DNA of 17,197 nucleotides from a virus: UHGV virus genome UHGV-0182888; one strand, 5' to 3'. Shown piece by piece: positions 1 to 6,311 of this stretch (position 1 is its first letter; each line of letters starts with the position of its first letter). The notes under the pieces were generated by a model. It saw only the letters and a program-made list of their open reading frames with translations, ran no database searches and was not told where the DNA came from. The position numbers and the translations under genes were made by a program.

Positions 1-289
1 TGTGCTGTATAAAATACGCATAAACACCCAGCAACATTTTTGAATAGCCAACACGGGCAGACTTAACAACGTTAACTTCACGAATGTAGTCGTTACCCAT
101 CGCATTCATGATCGCGCGCTGAAACGGCAACGTTTCCCAGCGCCCTTCCTGATAGGCCGACTCTTTGGGGAGATAGTAATTATCGTCTGCCCATTCAACC
201 GCCGTTTGCGGCTCAGGTCGGTACAGCGAAAGTAGCCCTGCGCGCGCAGAGTGCTGCAGCCCCTTAACCTGACTGTTCGATATATTCAC
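1..289 (-). CDS. A: Terminase large subunit (lambda gpA-like), N-terminal part; gene runs off the window start
   Basis: Minus-strand translation from GTG at 289..287 reads VNISNSQVKGLQHSARAGLLSLYRPEPQTAVEWADDNYYLPKESAYQEGRWETLPFQRAIMNAMGNDYIREVNVVKSARVGYSKMLLGVYAYFIQH, which matches the lambda gpA N-terminus as I recall it (MNISNSQVNRLRHFVRAGL...). The start overlaps the end of Nu1 as in lambda. Absent from the ORF track because it is truncated by the window edge. Confidence 0.85.
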   Translation of the reverse strand, partial: MNISNSQVKGLQHSARAGLLSLYRPEPQTAVEWADDNYYLPKESAYQEGRWETLPFQRAIMNAMGNDYIREVNVVKSARVGYSKMLLGVYAYFIQH

Positions 290-809
290 TCAGCAACCCC
301 GGTATTATTTCATCCAGCGCAGCTGCTTTGTTCATGGCCTTAATGATGTCCTTCTTCAGGAAATCAATATGTCGGTTTTCCAGCTCAGGGAAGCGCCGCT
401 GAACCGACAGAGGAACTCCATCAAGAATGCTGGCTACTTCTCCGGCCATCCGCGACAGCACGAACGTGCAGAATGCGGTTTCCACCACCTCAGCAGAATC
501 TTTTGCATTTTTTAGTTCCTGGGCGTCTGCCTGCGCCCGGGTGAGGCGGTGACGCTCATAGTCAATCGTACCTGGCTGGAGGTCGGATTCCGATGCAAGA
601 CGAAGGTCTTCCACCTCCTTCCGTAATTTCTCATTCTCAATCGCCGCGTCGCGTGCGGAATACCATTCGATAACCGCGGAAGATTCATAGAGGACCTCAT
701 TACCTTTTCCGCCGCCACGTGCTACCGGCATTCCCTGATCCTGCCAGTTCTGAATGGTTCGCACGCTGACCCCAAATATTTCAGAAAGACGCTTTTTGTT
801 GACCTCCAT
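264..809 (-). CDS. nu1: Terminase small subunit (lambda Nu1-like)
   Basis: The 181-aa product MEVNKKRLSEIFGVSVRTIQNWQDQGMPVARGGGKGNEVLYESS...LLSEYIEQSG is near-collinear with lambda Nu1 from memory, including the N-terminal HTH region. SD GGAGTGAG lies upstream of ATG 809. The gene sits directly downstream of the cos site. Confidence 0.92.
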   Translation of the reverse strand: MEVNKKRLSEIFGVSVRTIQNWQDQGMPVARGGGKGNEVLYESSAVIEWYSARDAAIENEKLRKEVEDLRLASESDLQPGTIDYERHRLTRAQADAQELKNAKDSAEVVETAFCTFVLSRMAGEVASILDGVPLSVQRRFPELENRHIDFLKKDIIKAMNKAAALDEIIPGLLSEYIEQSG

Positions 810-986
810 AGCTCACTCCATGCACAAAAACAGAGAAAGGAAACGCCCTCTGGTTATTTAGCCGTTTTTAAGGCTTATCGTTTCCTTTCTTTTCAGGGGG
901 TGTTTGCAGTTAAAACAATGAATTAGCGAGAAGAAGAACGGAAACGGCAAATGCCAGAAAATTTTCATAAATAGCGAGAATCTGCG
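810..986 (-). other. cosB-like terminase-binding region with three R-site repeats
   Basis: Three copies of the motif CGTTTCCTTTCT/GCCGTTTCCGTTCTTC: minus orientation at about 933..948, plus orientation at 879..890, minus orientation at 834..846. This is the lambda cosB arrangement R3, inverted R2, R1 between cosN and the Nu1 start. The reverse complement of this region aligns closely with the lambda left end as recalled. Confidence 0.7.
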
Positions 987-998
987 AGGTCGCCGCCC
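987..998 (-). other. cosN cohesive-end sequence (GGGCGGCGACCT read on the minus strand)
   Basis: Plus strand 987..998 is aggtcgccgccc, the reverse complement of the lambda 12-nt cohesive end GGGCGGCGACCT. The flanking sequence (…CGCTATTTATGAAAATTTTC…) also matches the lambda cos region from memory. Confidence 0.8.
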
Positions 999-1363
999 CG
1001 TAACAGGCCGGCTCGCCAGAAAGGACCCATCAATGATAGCAATTATCATTTACAACATTTTCGGGCTGTTTCTTATTAGAAGTTGAGACGTACACACTTT
1101 CGAGATGCTCGAGTTAGTGGTAATCCGCACGATGTTAGCAAAGATATAGAATAACTGATGCCCTAAAAGCAGCCCTTATCCATTAGAAAACCTACAAGAT
1201 TAACGAGTTGTAATGAGATAACACCGTCTAAATCGACTAGAACCATAATGGTTACTCCATAGTGGTTCAAGCTGATGTAGTTGCACTGGAGGATACTACT
1301 GGCATTCTATAATCATTGAATGCGACAGGGATTAGCAATCATGAAGAAGTGCCATGCTTTGTT

Positions 1364-1396
1364 CCAATAAAAAACCACCGGTAAATACCAGTGGTT
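1364..1396 (-). terminator. Rho-independent terminator ending the 188 aa + 54 aa cassette
   Basis: Stem 1373..1382 (aaccaccggt) pairs with 1387..1396 (accagtggtt), 10 bp with one mismatch and a 4-nt loop. On the minus-strand RNA it is followed by UUUUUUAUU (plus 1366..1374 is aataaaaaa). It lies about 80 nt downstream of the 54-aa ORF stop. Confidence 0.6.
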
Positions 1397-1475
1397 AAAA
1401 TTTTTATACGTCAAGCTTGGCCTAGTCTTAAGCAACTCGTAGCTACTTAAAGACAACATGCTAAGCTCTGTAGGC

Positions 1476-1640
1476 TTATGGATTCTCGGCGTGCTCTTCC
1501 AAAACCTGTCCAGCAAGGACAGTTGGTGAGGGAATAGAAAACAAAGCCATGGCAAAGGATTTAACTTCGGCAATAGTCTCTTCTGCATTGGCTCTCATTT
1601 CTTTGCTCATTGCATTCAGGATTTCTTGGCTAGTTCTCAT
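1476..1640 (-). CDS. Small hypothetical protein (54 aa), downstream partner of the 188-aa ORF
   Basis: ATG at 1640..1638 preceded by a strong SD AAGGAG (reverse complement of 1647..1652) at 6-nt spacing. Product MRTSQEILNAMSKEMRANAEETIAEVKSFAMALFSIPSPTVLAGQVLEEHAENP; stop is the reverse complement of 1476..1478. Below the ORF-track size cutoff. Same strand as the upstream 188-aa ORF and followed by a terminator. Confidence 0.5.
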   Translation of the reverse strand: MRTSQEILNAMSKEMRANAEETIAEVKSFAMALFSIPSPTVLAGQVLEEHAENP

Positions 1641-1745
1641 ATGATACTCCTTGCTTGCTGTATGAACAGTTTACACACAATAGCACTGCATCAACAAATG
1701 ATTTAGTACTATGAGCGTGTTTTTTTACTGGATCTGATTTTTAAG

Positions 1746-2312
1746 CTAGCATTCTTCGGACCACTCATAACCATGTTCTCCACGGTTTGAAGCAAGAGCA
1801 GACAACTTTTCGCGAAGTTTTTCCACTGTTATGACCATTGCATCGCTTTCATGTACAAAACCTAAATATGCGTAATAAGGAACTGCGCCTTGTAATGGAT
1901 TAATGATTTTGATAGTTGATGCATTGACGAACCTTGCAAAAGCAAAAGCTGCAGTCAGGGATACAAAACCCATTCGCTTGTTCAAATCTGATTCAGGAAG
2001 CGTATTTTTAAAATGTTCCAGCATATGGATACTGACTTGTTTTGCGGAGAGATCATATGAGTACACCGCAGCGCCGATAACTACTGGTGGCTTTCCTTTG
2101 GATGATACAGCCAGAGAAAATCGATTTTTCAGTCCATAGTGAACATCCCTAAACCAGTCCCTCCAGTTCAGAACTAACCCACGTTTTTGTTCGATCTCTA
2201 ACCCATGCGTGTCGTCAAGAAAATGTATAGCCAAGTTCAGCCCAAGATCACTCACCGTTTCTTGGGTTAAGGAAATGGCGAGCTCTTGTCCTAAATTGAT
2301 AGAATCTTGCAC
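1746..2312 (-). CDS. Hypothetical protein (188 aa) in an AT-rich insertion; possible GNAT-fold acyltransferase (weak motif-level inference)
   Basis: ORF-track ORF with GTG start at 2312 (no in-frame ATG upstream before a stop). Visibly AT-rich flanks compared with the neighbouring phage genes. Motif pattern VVIGAAVYSYDLS … KRMGFVSLTAAFAFARF … NPLQGAVPYYAYLGFV resembles GNAT motifs A and B (R/Q-x-x-G-x-G/A and N..A..FY.K.GF) by eye only. Confidence 0.6.
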   Translation of the reverse strand: MQDSINLGQELAISLTQETVSDLGLNLAIHFLDDTHGLEIEQKRGLVLNWRDWFRDVHYGLKNRFSLAVSSKGKPPVVIGAAVYSYDLSAKQVSIHMLEHFKNTLPESDLNKRMGFVSLTAAFAFARFVNASTIKIINPLQGAVPYYAYLGFVHESDAMVITVEKLREKLSALASNRGEHGYEWSEEC

Positions 2313-2347
2313 TGCATATGCCCCAGTTTTTTATTTTTTCCCGCATT

Positions 2348-2353
2348 ATTATA
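2348..2353 (-). promoter_or_regulatory. Candidate -10 hexamer (TATAAT on the minus strand) upstream of the 188-aa ORF
   Basis: Plus 2348..2353 attata gives TATAAT on the minus strand, in an AT-rich stretch about 35 nt upstream of the GTG start. The -35 is poor (TTTCTA at 17-nt spacing). Confidence 0.25.
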
Positions 2354-2437
2354 TAGATAAATTTCTGATGTAGAAACATCATTAACTTCGTTTTATCACC
2401 AACACTTTTACATTCGCAGTACTTTTTATTCACATTT

Positions 2438-2659
2438 TCAAAAATTGTTTTGAAGGCAGTTACTCTTCAATGCACGATTATGAGCCAGAATATCTTTCTT
2501 CGTCTGGCGATCCATCACCTCAATGTCGTGCTCAGTGAGGTAGATGATGCTTACCCAGTCACAGGCAGTGTCCGTTACTTCAGGTTTTGCGGGTAAAGTT
2601 TTCGCGCAACTCGCAGTCAACATCGTCATCAGGAAGATGGCTAACAGTCTGCTGTACAT
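2438..2659 (-). CDS. o-spanin-like outer-membrane lipoprotein (Rz1-like)
   Basis: 73 aa with a signal peptide and lipobox (MYSRLLAIFLMTMLTAS-C). Strong SD AAGGAG 6 nt upstream of ATG 2659. Overlaps the 3' end of the upstream TM-containing ORF in a different frame, the classic overlapped spanin arrangement, immediately after the endolysin. Confidence 0.6.
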   Translation of the reverse strand: MYSRLLAIFLMTMLTASCAKTLPAKPEVTDTACDWVSIIYLTEHDIEVMDRQTKKDILAHNRALKSNCLQNNF

Positions 2660-2849
2660 TCCTAGCTCCTTTTGTTGTCTCTACTCTGCGTTCTGCAACG
2701 GCTTCAGTAGCTACTGCACGTTCTTCAGTGCGCTGCTGATCCGCTTTTGTCTCAGCGATGTTAGTACCGCGTGATTTACCCAGACCAAAAGCGCCTGCAA
2801 TTGCTGCCAGCACAGCAACAACCAAGCCGATAATTATTTCAAGTCCCAT
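2580..2849 (-). CDS. i-spanin-like protein (Rz-like), N-terminal TM helix plus charged helical periplasmic domain
   Basis: Internal ATG at 2849 within ORF-track ORF 2580..2951, with SD GAGGT 4 nt upstream. It begins 8 nt after the endolysin stop. Product MGLEIIIGLVVAVLAAIAGAFGLGKSRG…; short (89 aa) for an i-spanin. Confidence 0.55.
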   Translation of the reverse strand: MGLEIIIGLVVAVLAAIAGAFGLGKSRGTNIAETKADQQRTEERAVATEAVAERRVETTKGARNVQQTVSHLPDDDVDCELRENFTRKT

Positions 2850-2856
2850 AGTGACC

Positions 2857-3471
2857 TCACACCAGTGCGGCTTTAGCTTTGGCGTAACGTTCACGGCGGT
2901 CTTGAATGCCGTTCTGCCCGCCGTTAATAATCTGCGTAACGCGTTCCACATCCCCCGAATAGAGGAGGCAACCGCGCAACGTGAAATACCATGCAGCAGA
3001 ACGGGCTGCTTGCCTCTCCTGTGTCAGCAACTCTGGTGTGCTGATCAGATCAAGCTTCAGCGCCGCACCGCATTTGGCGTAGTTCTCGCGGCCGGTGATT
3101 TGAAGCAGGCCACGACCACGATATTTCCAGCCATCACCCTGGCTGTTATTCCCTATGCGGTCACCATAAACCAGATTGGCTATTTGCGGCTGGTGGGCCA
3201 CCTGCTTACCATCTACTCGCCCCAGCATTTCACACTGATACGGTGTCAGGCGTTTACCAAAGGTTTTCTTTAGCCCGTCTACCGAGTAGTTGAAGCTCTC
3301 GACCATAGAGGTAAAACCAGCAGATTCATGCCCAACTTGCGCAATGAACATGGCCTGATCGTTAACTGCTGTGATTCCAAACTCTTTCATTGCTGCATCA
3401 ATGTGCGGAAACCAGCGTGCAGAAAGCCCGGCGCTGATACCAGCCGCCTGCTGAAATTGTGATTGGTTCAT
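2857..3471 (-). CDS. Endolysin, glycoside hydrolase family 19 (chitinase-like lysozyme)
   Basis: The 204-aa product MNQSQFQQAAGISAGLSARWFPHIDAAMKEFGITAVNDQAMFIAQVGHESAGF…GRGLLQITGRENY…VTQIINGGQNGIQDRRERY matches GH19 phage endolysins such as the Salmonella phage SPN1S type, from recall. Its start overlaps the upstream stop (TAATG). Confidence 0.88.
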   Translation of the reverse strand: MNQSQFQQAAGISAGLSARWFPHIDAAMKEFGITAVNDQAMFIAQVGHESAGFTSMVESFNYSVDGLKKTFGKRLTPYQCEMLGRVDGKQVAHQPQIANLVYGDRIGNNSQGDGWKYRGRGLLQITGRENYAKCGAALKLDLISTPELLTQERQAARSAAWYFTLRGCLLYSGDVERVTQIINGGQNGIQDRRERYAKAKAALV

Positions 3472-3752
3472 TATTGCCTCAGATGATCAACCAGGCGTGC
3501 CACGTTGCCTCTGACGGCGACCAGCACAGACAGGAAAATAATGTTGGCCCCGATAGTGGCCCACGATGAATAAGGGTAGATACCGCACAGATATGCCAGC
3601 GGAACCGCGCTATAGATGACCGTAAGCAGCCACGCCAGACGGGAAATCCACGGTCGATGTCGCGAATCGCCGCGACGATAAAACATCAGGGTCAGCACTA
3701 CCCCAGCGCAAAGCAATGCATTTAAAGTTGCCGATGGGTCATTTTGTACCAC
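3471..3752 (-). CDS. Lysis-cassette membrane protein (holin/antiholin-like, about 3 TM segments)
   Basis: 93 aa with hydrophobic segments (LNALLCAGVVLTLMFY, LAWLLTVIYSAVPLAYLCGIY, IGANIIFLSVLVAV). Sits between the putative holin and the endolysin and is translationally coupled to both. Confidence 0.55.
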   Translation of the reverse strand: MVQNDPSATLNALLCAGVVLTLMFYRRGDSRHRPWISRLAWLLTVIYSAVPLAYLCGIYPYSSWATIGANIIFLSVLVAVRGNVARLVDHLRQ

Positions 3753-4125
3753 CTGAACCTCCCCGGCGCGTTATCAGCGCCACCAGCGAGCCAACATCCT
3801 GATTATTCAGGAACGTCAGGATTTTGACGGCTAAAGCAGAAACGATTACGGCGCCAATGGCATCCAGTGGTTTATCACTGTAGCCAGTAACCTGAGCCAG
3901 CTTTGAACCCACCAGCCCGGAACAAAGGATCCCCGCAATATACGACACCAGAAAATATGCCAGACGGCGCGCTGCACTCAGGTCAGCTGTGGTCGCAATG
4001 TAAAATACAGCTCCGGCAAACGCGCCAAAAACCACGCCGTAATCGGTTCCGGACAGAAATCCATATACGCTGGCACCCGTAAGGACACCACCAGCCAGTC
4101 CAGTACCGGAAATCGGATCGGACAT
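3739..4125 (-). CDS. Putative holin (multi-TM membrane protein, first gene of the lysis cassette)
   Basis: 128 aa, glycine/alanine-rich hydrophobic segments. SD GAGGGGG 5 nt upstream of ATG 4125. Position immediately upstream of the endolysin. Family not identified. Confidence 0.55.
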   Translation of the reverse strand: MSDPISGTGLAGGVLTGASVYGFLSGTDYGVVFGAFAGAVFYIATTADLSAARRLAYFLVSYIAGILCSGLVGSKLAQVTGYSDKPLDAIGAVIVSALAVKILTFLNNQDVGSLVALITRRGGSGGTK

Positions 4126-4271
4126 TTAGCCCCCTCTTAATTGCTGTGATTCCTCTCAGAAATGAGGGGATGTGGAATCAGGCAACCGGGCTCTTTTGTT
4201 CAAATAAAAGTAAGGATGATTCCCAGTGCCTGAAAATGGTGATCACCACATCCACAGGGGCGTGATGATCG

Positions 4272-5324
4272 TTATGTTTTGCTCAGTTTTTCCACCTCTT
4301 CGGTGGTCTGAATAAATCTGTCAGCTTCCAGTTCTACGCCGATCGCCCGACGGCCAAGTTCTATTGCTGCTTTCACAGTTGAACCAGAGCCCATAAAGAA
4401 ATCGGCAACGATATCCCCCGGCCTGCTGCTGGCGCTAATGATCTGTTTCAGCATATCGGCAGGGTTTTCGCATGGATGTTTGCCCGGATAAAACTGAACA
4501 GGCTTATGCGTCCATACGTCGGTATACGGAACAAGAGCGGAAACAGAGAAGCAGCGCCGGAGGGTTTTGTATTCCTCCAGCAATTCTGAATACTTGCGGT
4601 TTAATGACTGATAGGTAGCCACTAGCTGGTGGTGAGGATGTTCAAGCTTCTGCTGAATGTGCTTATCGATAGCGATCCGCGTGAACAGTTCCTGCAATTT
4701 TCTATAGTCCACTTCATTTGGTAGTTGCCATTGGCTTGCACCAAACCAGTGTGACGCCATGTTTTTCTTTCCGGTTGCCTCAGCTATTTCTTTCGAGCTG
4801 ACACCCAGTGATTCACGGGCATTACGGAAGTAGTCAATCAGTGGCGTCATAATGTGCTGCTTTAGTTCTGTGCTTTTCCTTTCGTAAACGTCCTCTTTAC
4901 CTGTGTACGGCCCAAGATAGTGCTCAGCAAACAAAATCCGTTCCGTAGATGGAAAGTACGCACGCAGGCTTTCTTTGTTGCAGCCATTCCAGCGGCCAGA
5001 TGGTTTTGCCCAAATTATATGATTCAAAACGTTGAACCGGGCACGCATCATAATCTCTATGTCTGAGGCCAGCCGGTGACCGCAAAACAAGTAGATGCTG
5101 CCAGCAGGTTTAAGAACGCGAGCATACTCAGCCAGACAGCTATCAAGCCAGCGTAAGTAGTCCTCGTCCCCCTTCCATTGGTTGTCCCAGCCGTTGGGCT
5201 TCACTTTGAAGTACGGCGGATCCGTAACTATCAGATCAATAGAGTTATCCGGGAGGGTGGCGACGTAATGCAGGCTATCAGCGTTGATTAACTCAACACT
5301 GTTTATTTTTACAGTATTCTTCAT
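4272..5324 (-). CDS. DNA N6-adenine methyltransferase, beta-class (motif IV DPPY before motif I FxGxG), orphan
   Basis: 350 aa. LIVTDPPYF near the N-terminus and DIVADFFMGSGSTVKAA near the C-terminus give the beta-class amino-methyltransferase motif order. No adjacent restriction endonuclease gene. Confidence 0.85.
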   Translation of the reverse strand: MKNTVKINSVELINADSLHYVATLPDNSIDLIVTDPPYFKVKPNGWDNQWKGDEDYLRWLDSCLAEYARVLKPAGSIYLFCGHRLASDIEIMMRARFNVLNHIIWAKPSGRWNGCNKESLRAYFPSTERILFAEHYLGPYTGKEDVYERKSTELKQHIMTPLIDYFRNARESLGVSSKEIAEATGKKNMASHWFGASQWQLPNEVDYRKLQELFTRIAIDKHIQQKLEHPHHQLVATYQSLNRKYSELLEEYKTLRRCFSVSALVPYTDVWTHKPVQFYPGKHPCENPADMLKQIISASSRPGDIVADFFMGSGSTVKAAIELGRRAIGVELEADRFIQTTEEVEKLSKT

Positions 5325-5499
5325 AGATCAGTAAGCGTAACTCTGATAGGCTCACGTTGCTTTTGCGCTAAAGCGGTGGGCCTTGGTTAGCTTGTGACCT
5401 GAAAGCATGAGCTGATGGCTGGCCGGGTGCGCTAACACCCACCAGCCGCCCATTTTCACAGCGGGATGCCTCTTCAAAAAGAGGCCAGAAATTTCGTAA

Positions 5500-6162
5500 T
5501 TAGTCGGTGATGTTATCTACTAAGCTTAATATTGCATCGCGCTTCTTCTTTATTAATTTAAAGCAAAGACTTGCGCCCTTACCTTGCAATATCCCTAAAT
5601 CCTCTCCTGTTCCGTCGCCATTAAATGCACAATCGCCGATAGCAATAATGCAATCGTAGAAGTTTTTTTCTTCGGGATCATCAAGGTTAAGATAAGAGAT
5701 TAGTAACAATCTAGCTTGCAAGAACTTACTGCTGTTAGCAATTATGGCTTGACAGGATAACTGTTGATGCTTAAGTGCATCTTCACCTAACCGTTCAGCG
5801 TACTGTTTAAAATCAGACTTGCTGCTATAAATCGATGAAGCGACATCTACAAAACTGACAAAAGCTTCTCTTAAGGCCTTGCTTTCATCTTTCATTAATT
5901 CCACTTCAGTAGCAAGTTGTGTATTTATTTTTAACTCATTAATTTGTTGCTTAATTCCATGGTTAAACTGTTCAATTTGTTTGCTCTGACTAATTTTGAA
6001 TTGTCTATAAGAAAACCAAATAGCAAAACCAGCAATCACTGTAGGGGCGACTGCAATTATGAAATCACTGAACGTCGCAAAGCCCCCTTTGTCATTATCA
6101 ATTTTGACAGTTATTACATTTTGAAGAGGATTAAGCACTTCCAATAAATGAATTATATCCAT
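5500..6162 (-). CDS. Hypothetical membrane-anchored protein (220 aa): one predicted TM helix, then a helical/coiled-coil cytoplasmic region; AT-rich
   Basis: ATG 6162 with SD AGGTGA 6 nt upstream. One hydrophobic helix FIIAVAPTVIAGFAIWFSY, then a Q/K/E-rich region. AT-rich codon usage unlike the flanking genes. First ORF after the tR'-like terminator downstream of Q. Confidence 0.7.
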   Translation of the reverse strand: MDIIHLLEVLNPLQNVITVKIDNDKGGFATFSDFIIAVAPTVIAGFAIWFSYRQFKISQSKQIEQFNHGIKQQINELKINTQLATEVELMKDESKALREAFVSFVDVASSIYSSKSDFKQYAERLGEDALKHQQLSCQAIIANSSKFLQARLLLISYLNLDDPEEKNFYDCIIAIGDCAFNGDGTGEDLGILQGKGASLCFKLIKKKRDAILSLVDNITD

Positions 6163-6192
6163 AACAACTCACCTAAAAAGAAATCCATCATA

Positions 6193-6218
6193 CCAAAAAA
6201 CCCGCTCATCGGCGGGTT
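6193..6218 (-). terminator. Rho-independent terminator downstream of Q (tR'-like)
   Basis: Stem aacccgc (6199..6205) pairs with gcgggtt (6212..6218), loop tcatcg. On the minus-strand RNA it is followed by UUUUUUGG (plus 6193..6200 is ccaaaaaa). It lies between the Q stop (6312) and the first late ORF, as tR' does in lambda. Confidence 0.6.
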
Positions 6219-6252
6219 TATAAAATTTTGGCAACATATCAAATATGCTTCA

Positions 6253-6281
6253 AATATGGCTTATTTTGTTGCATTTTGCAA
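6253..6281 (-). promoter_or_regulatory. Candidate late promoter (pR'-like), minus strand
   Basis: On the minus strand: -35 TTGCAA (plus 6276..6281), 17-nt spacer, -10 CATATT (plus 6253..6258). Positional analogy to lambda pR' between Q and tR'. Weak consensus match; not verified. Confidence 0.3.
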
Positions 6282-6311
6282 GCGCGTTTGAGGGAGATAG
6301 TGAAATTTACT

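Noticed and set aside
512-718. 68-aa minus-strand ORF inside Nu1
   Set aside because: Lies entirely within the well-supported Nu1 gene in another frame; Arg/Ser-rich product typical of an out-of-frame artefact.
858-1049. 63-aa minus-strand ORF spanning the cos region
   Set aside because: Overlaps cosN and the R sites, which align to the lambda non-coding cos region; no SD; low-complexity product.
1313-1588. 91-aa minus-strand ORF overlapping the 54-aa ORF and the terminator
   Set aside because: Runs through the rho-independent terminator hairpin; the alternative 54-aa frame has a strong SD and a more protein-like composition.
1903-2139. 78-aa plus-strand ORF antisense to the 188-aa gene
   Set aside because: Antisense overlap with a longer ORF; no SD; likely chance ORF.
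2248-2433. 61-aa minus-strand ORF in the AT-rich region upstream of the 188-aa gene
   Set aside because: Overlaps the start of the 188-aa ORF in another frame and covers the putative promoter; AT-rich chance ORF.
2544-3273. Plus-strand ORFs (76 aa, 171 aa) antisense to the spanin and endolysin genes
   Set aside because: Antisense to a confidently identified GH19 endolysin and the spanins.
4153-4256. Short hairpin (cctctcagaaatgagggg) and a long-range inverted repeat (ggatgtgg … ccacatcc) between the methyltransferase and the holin
   Set aside because: Short arms, no U-run, about 70 nt apart; cannot be distinguished from chance. Mentioned only as a possible regulatory element.
5944-6147. 67-aa plus-strand ORF antisense to the 220-aa gene
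   Set aside because: Antisense within a longer ORF that has a good SD; no support.
6163-6311. tRNA genes between Q and the late genes, as in Stx phages
   Set aside because: The interval is under 150 bp and is occupied by the promoter/terminator signals; no cloverleaf-compatible sequence seen.
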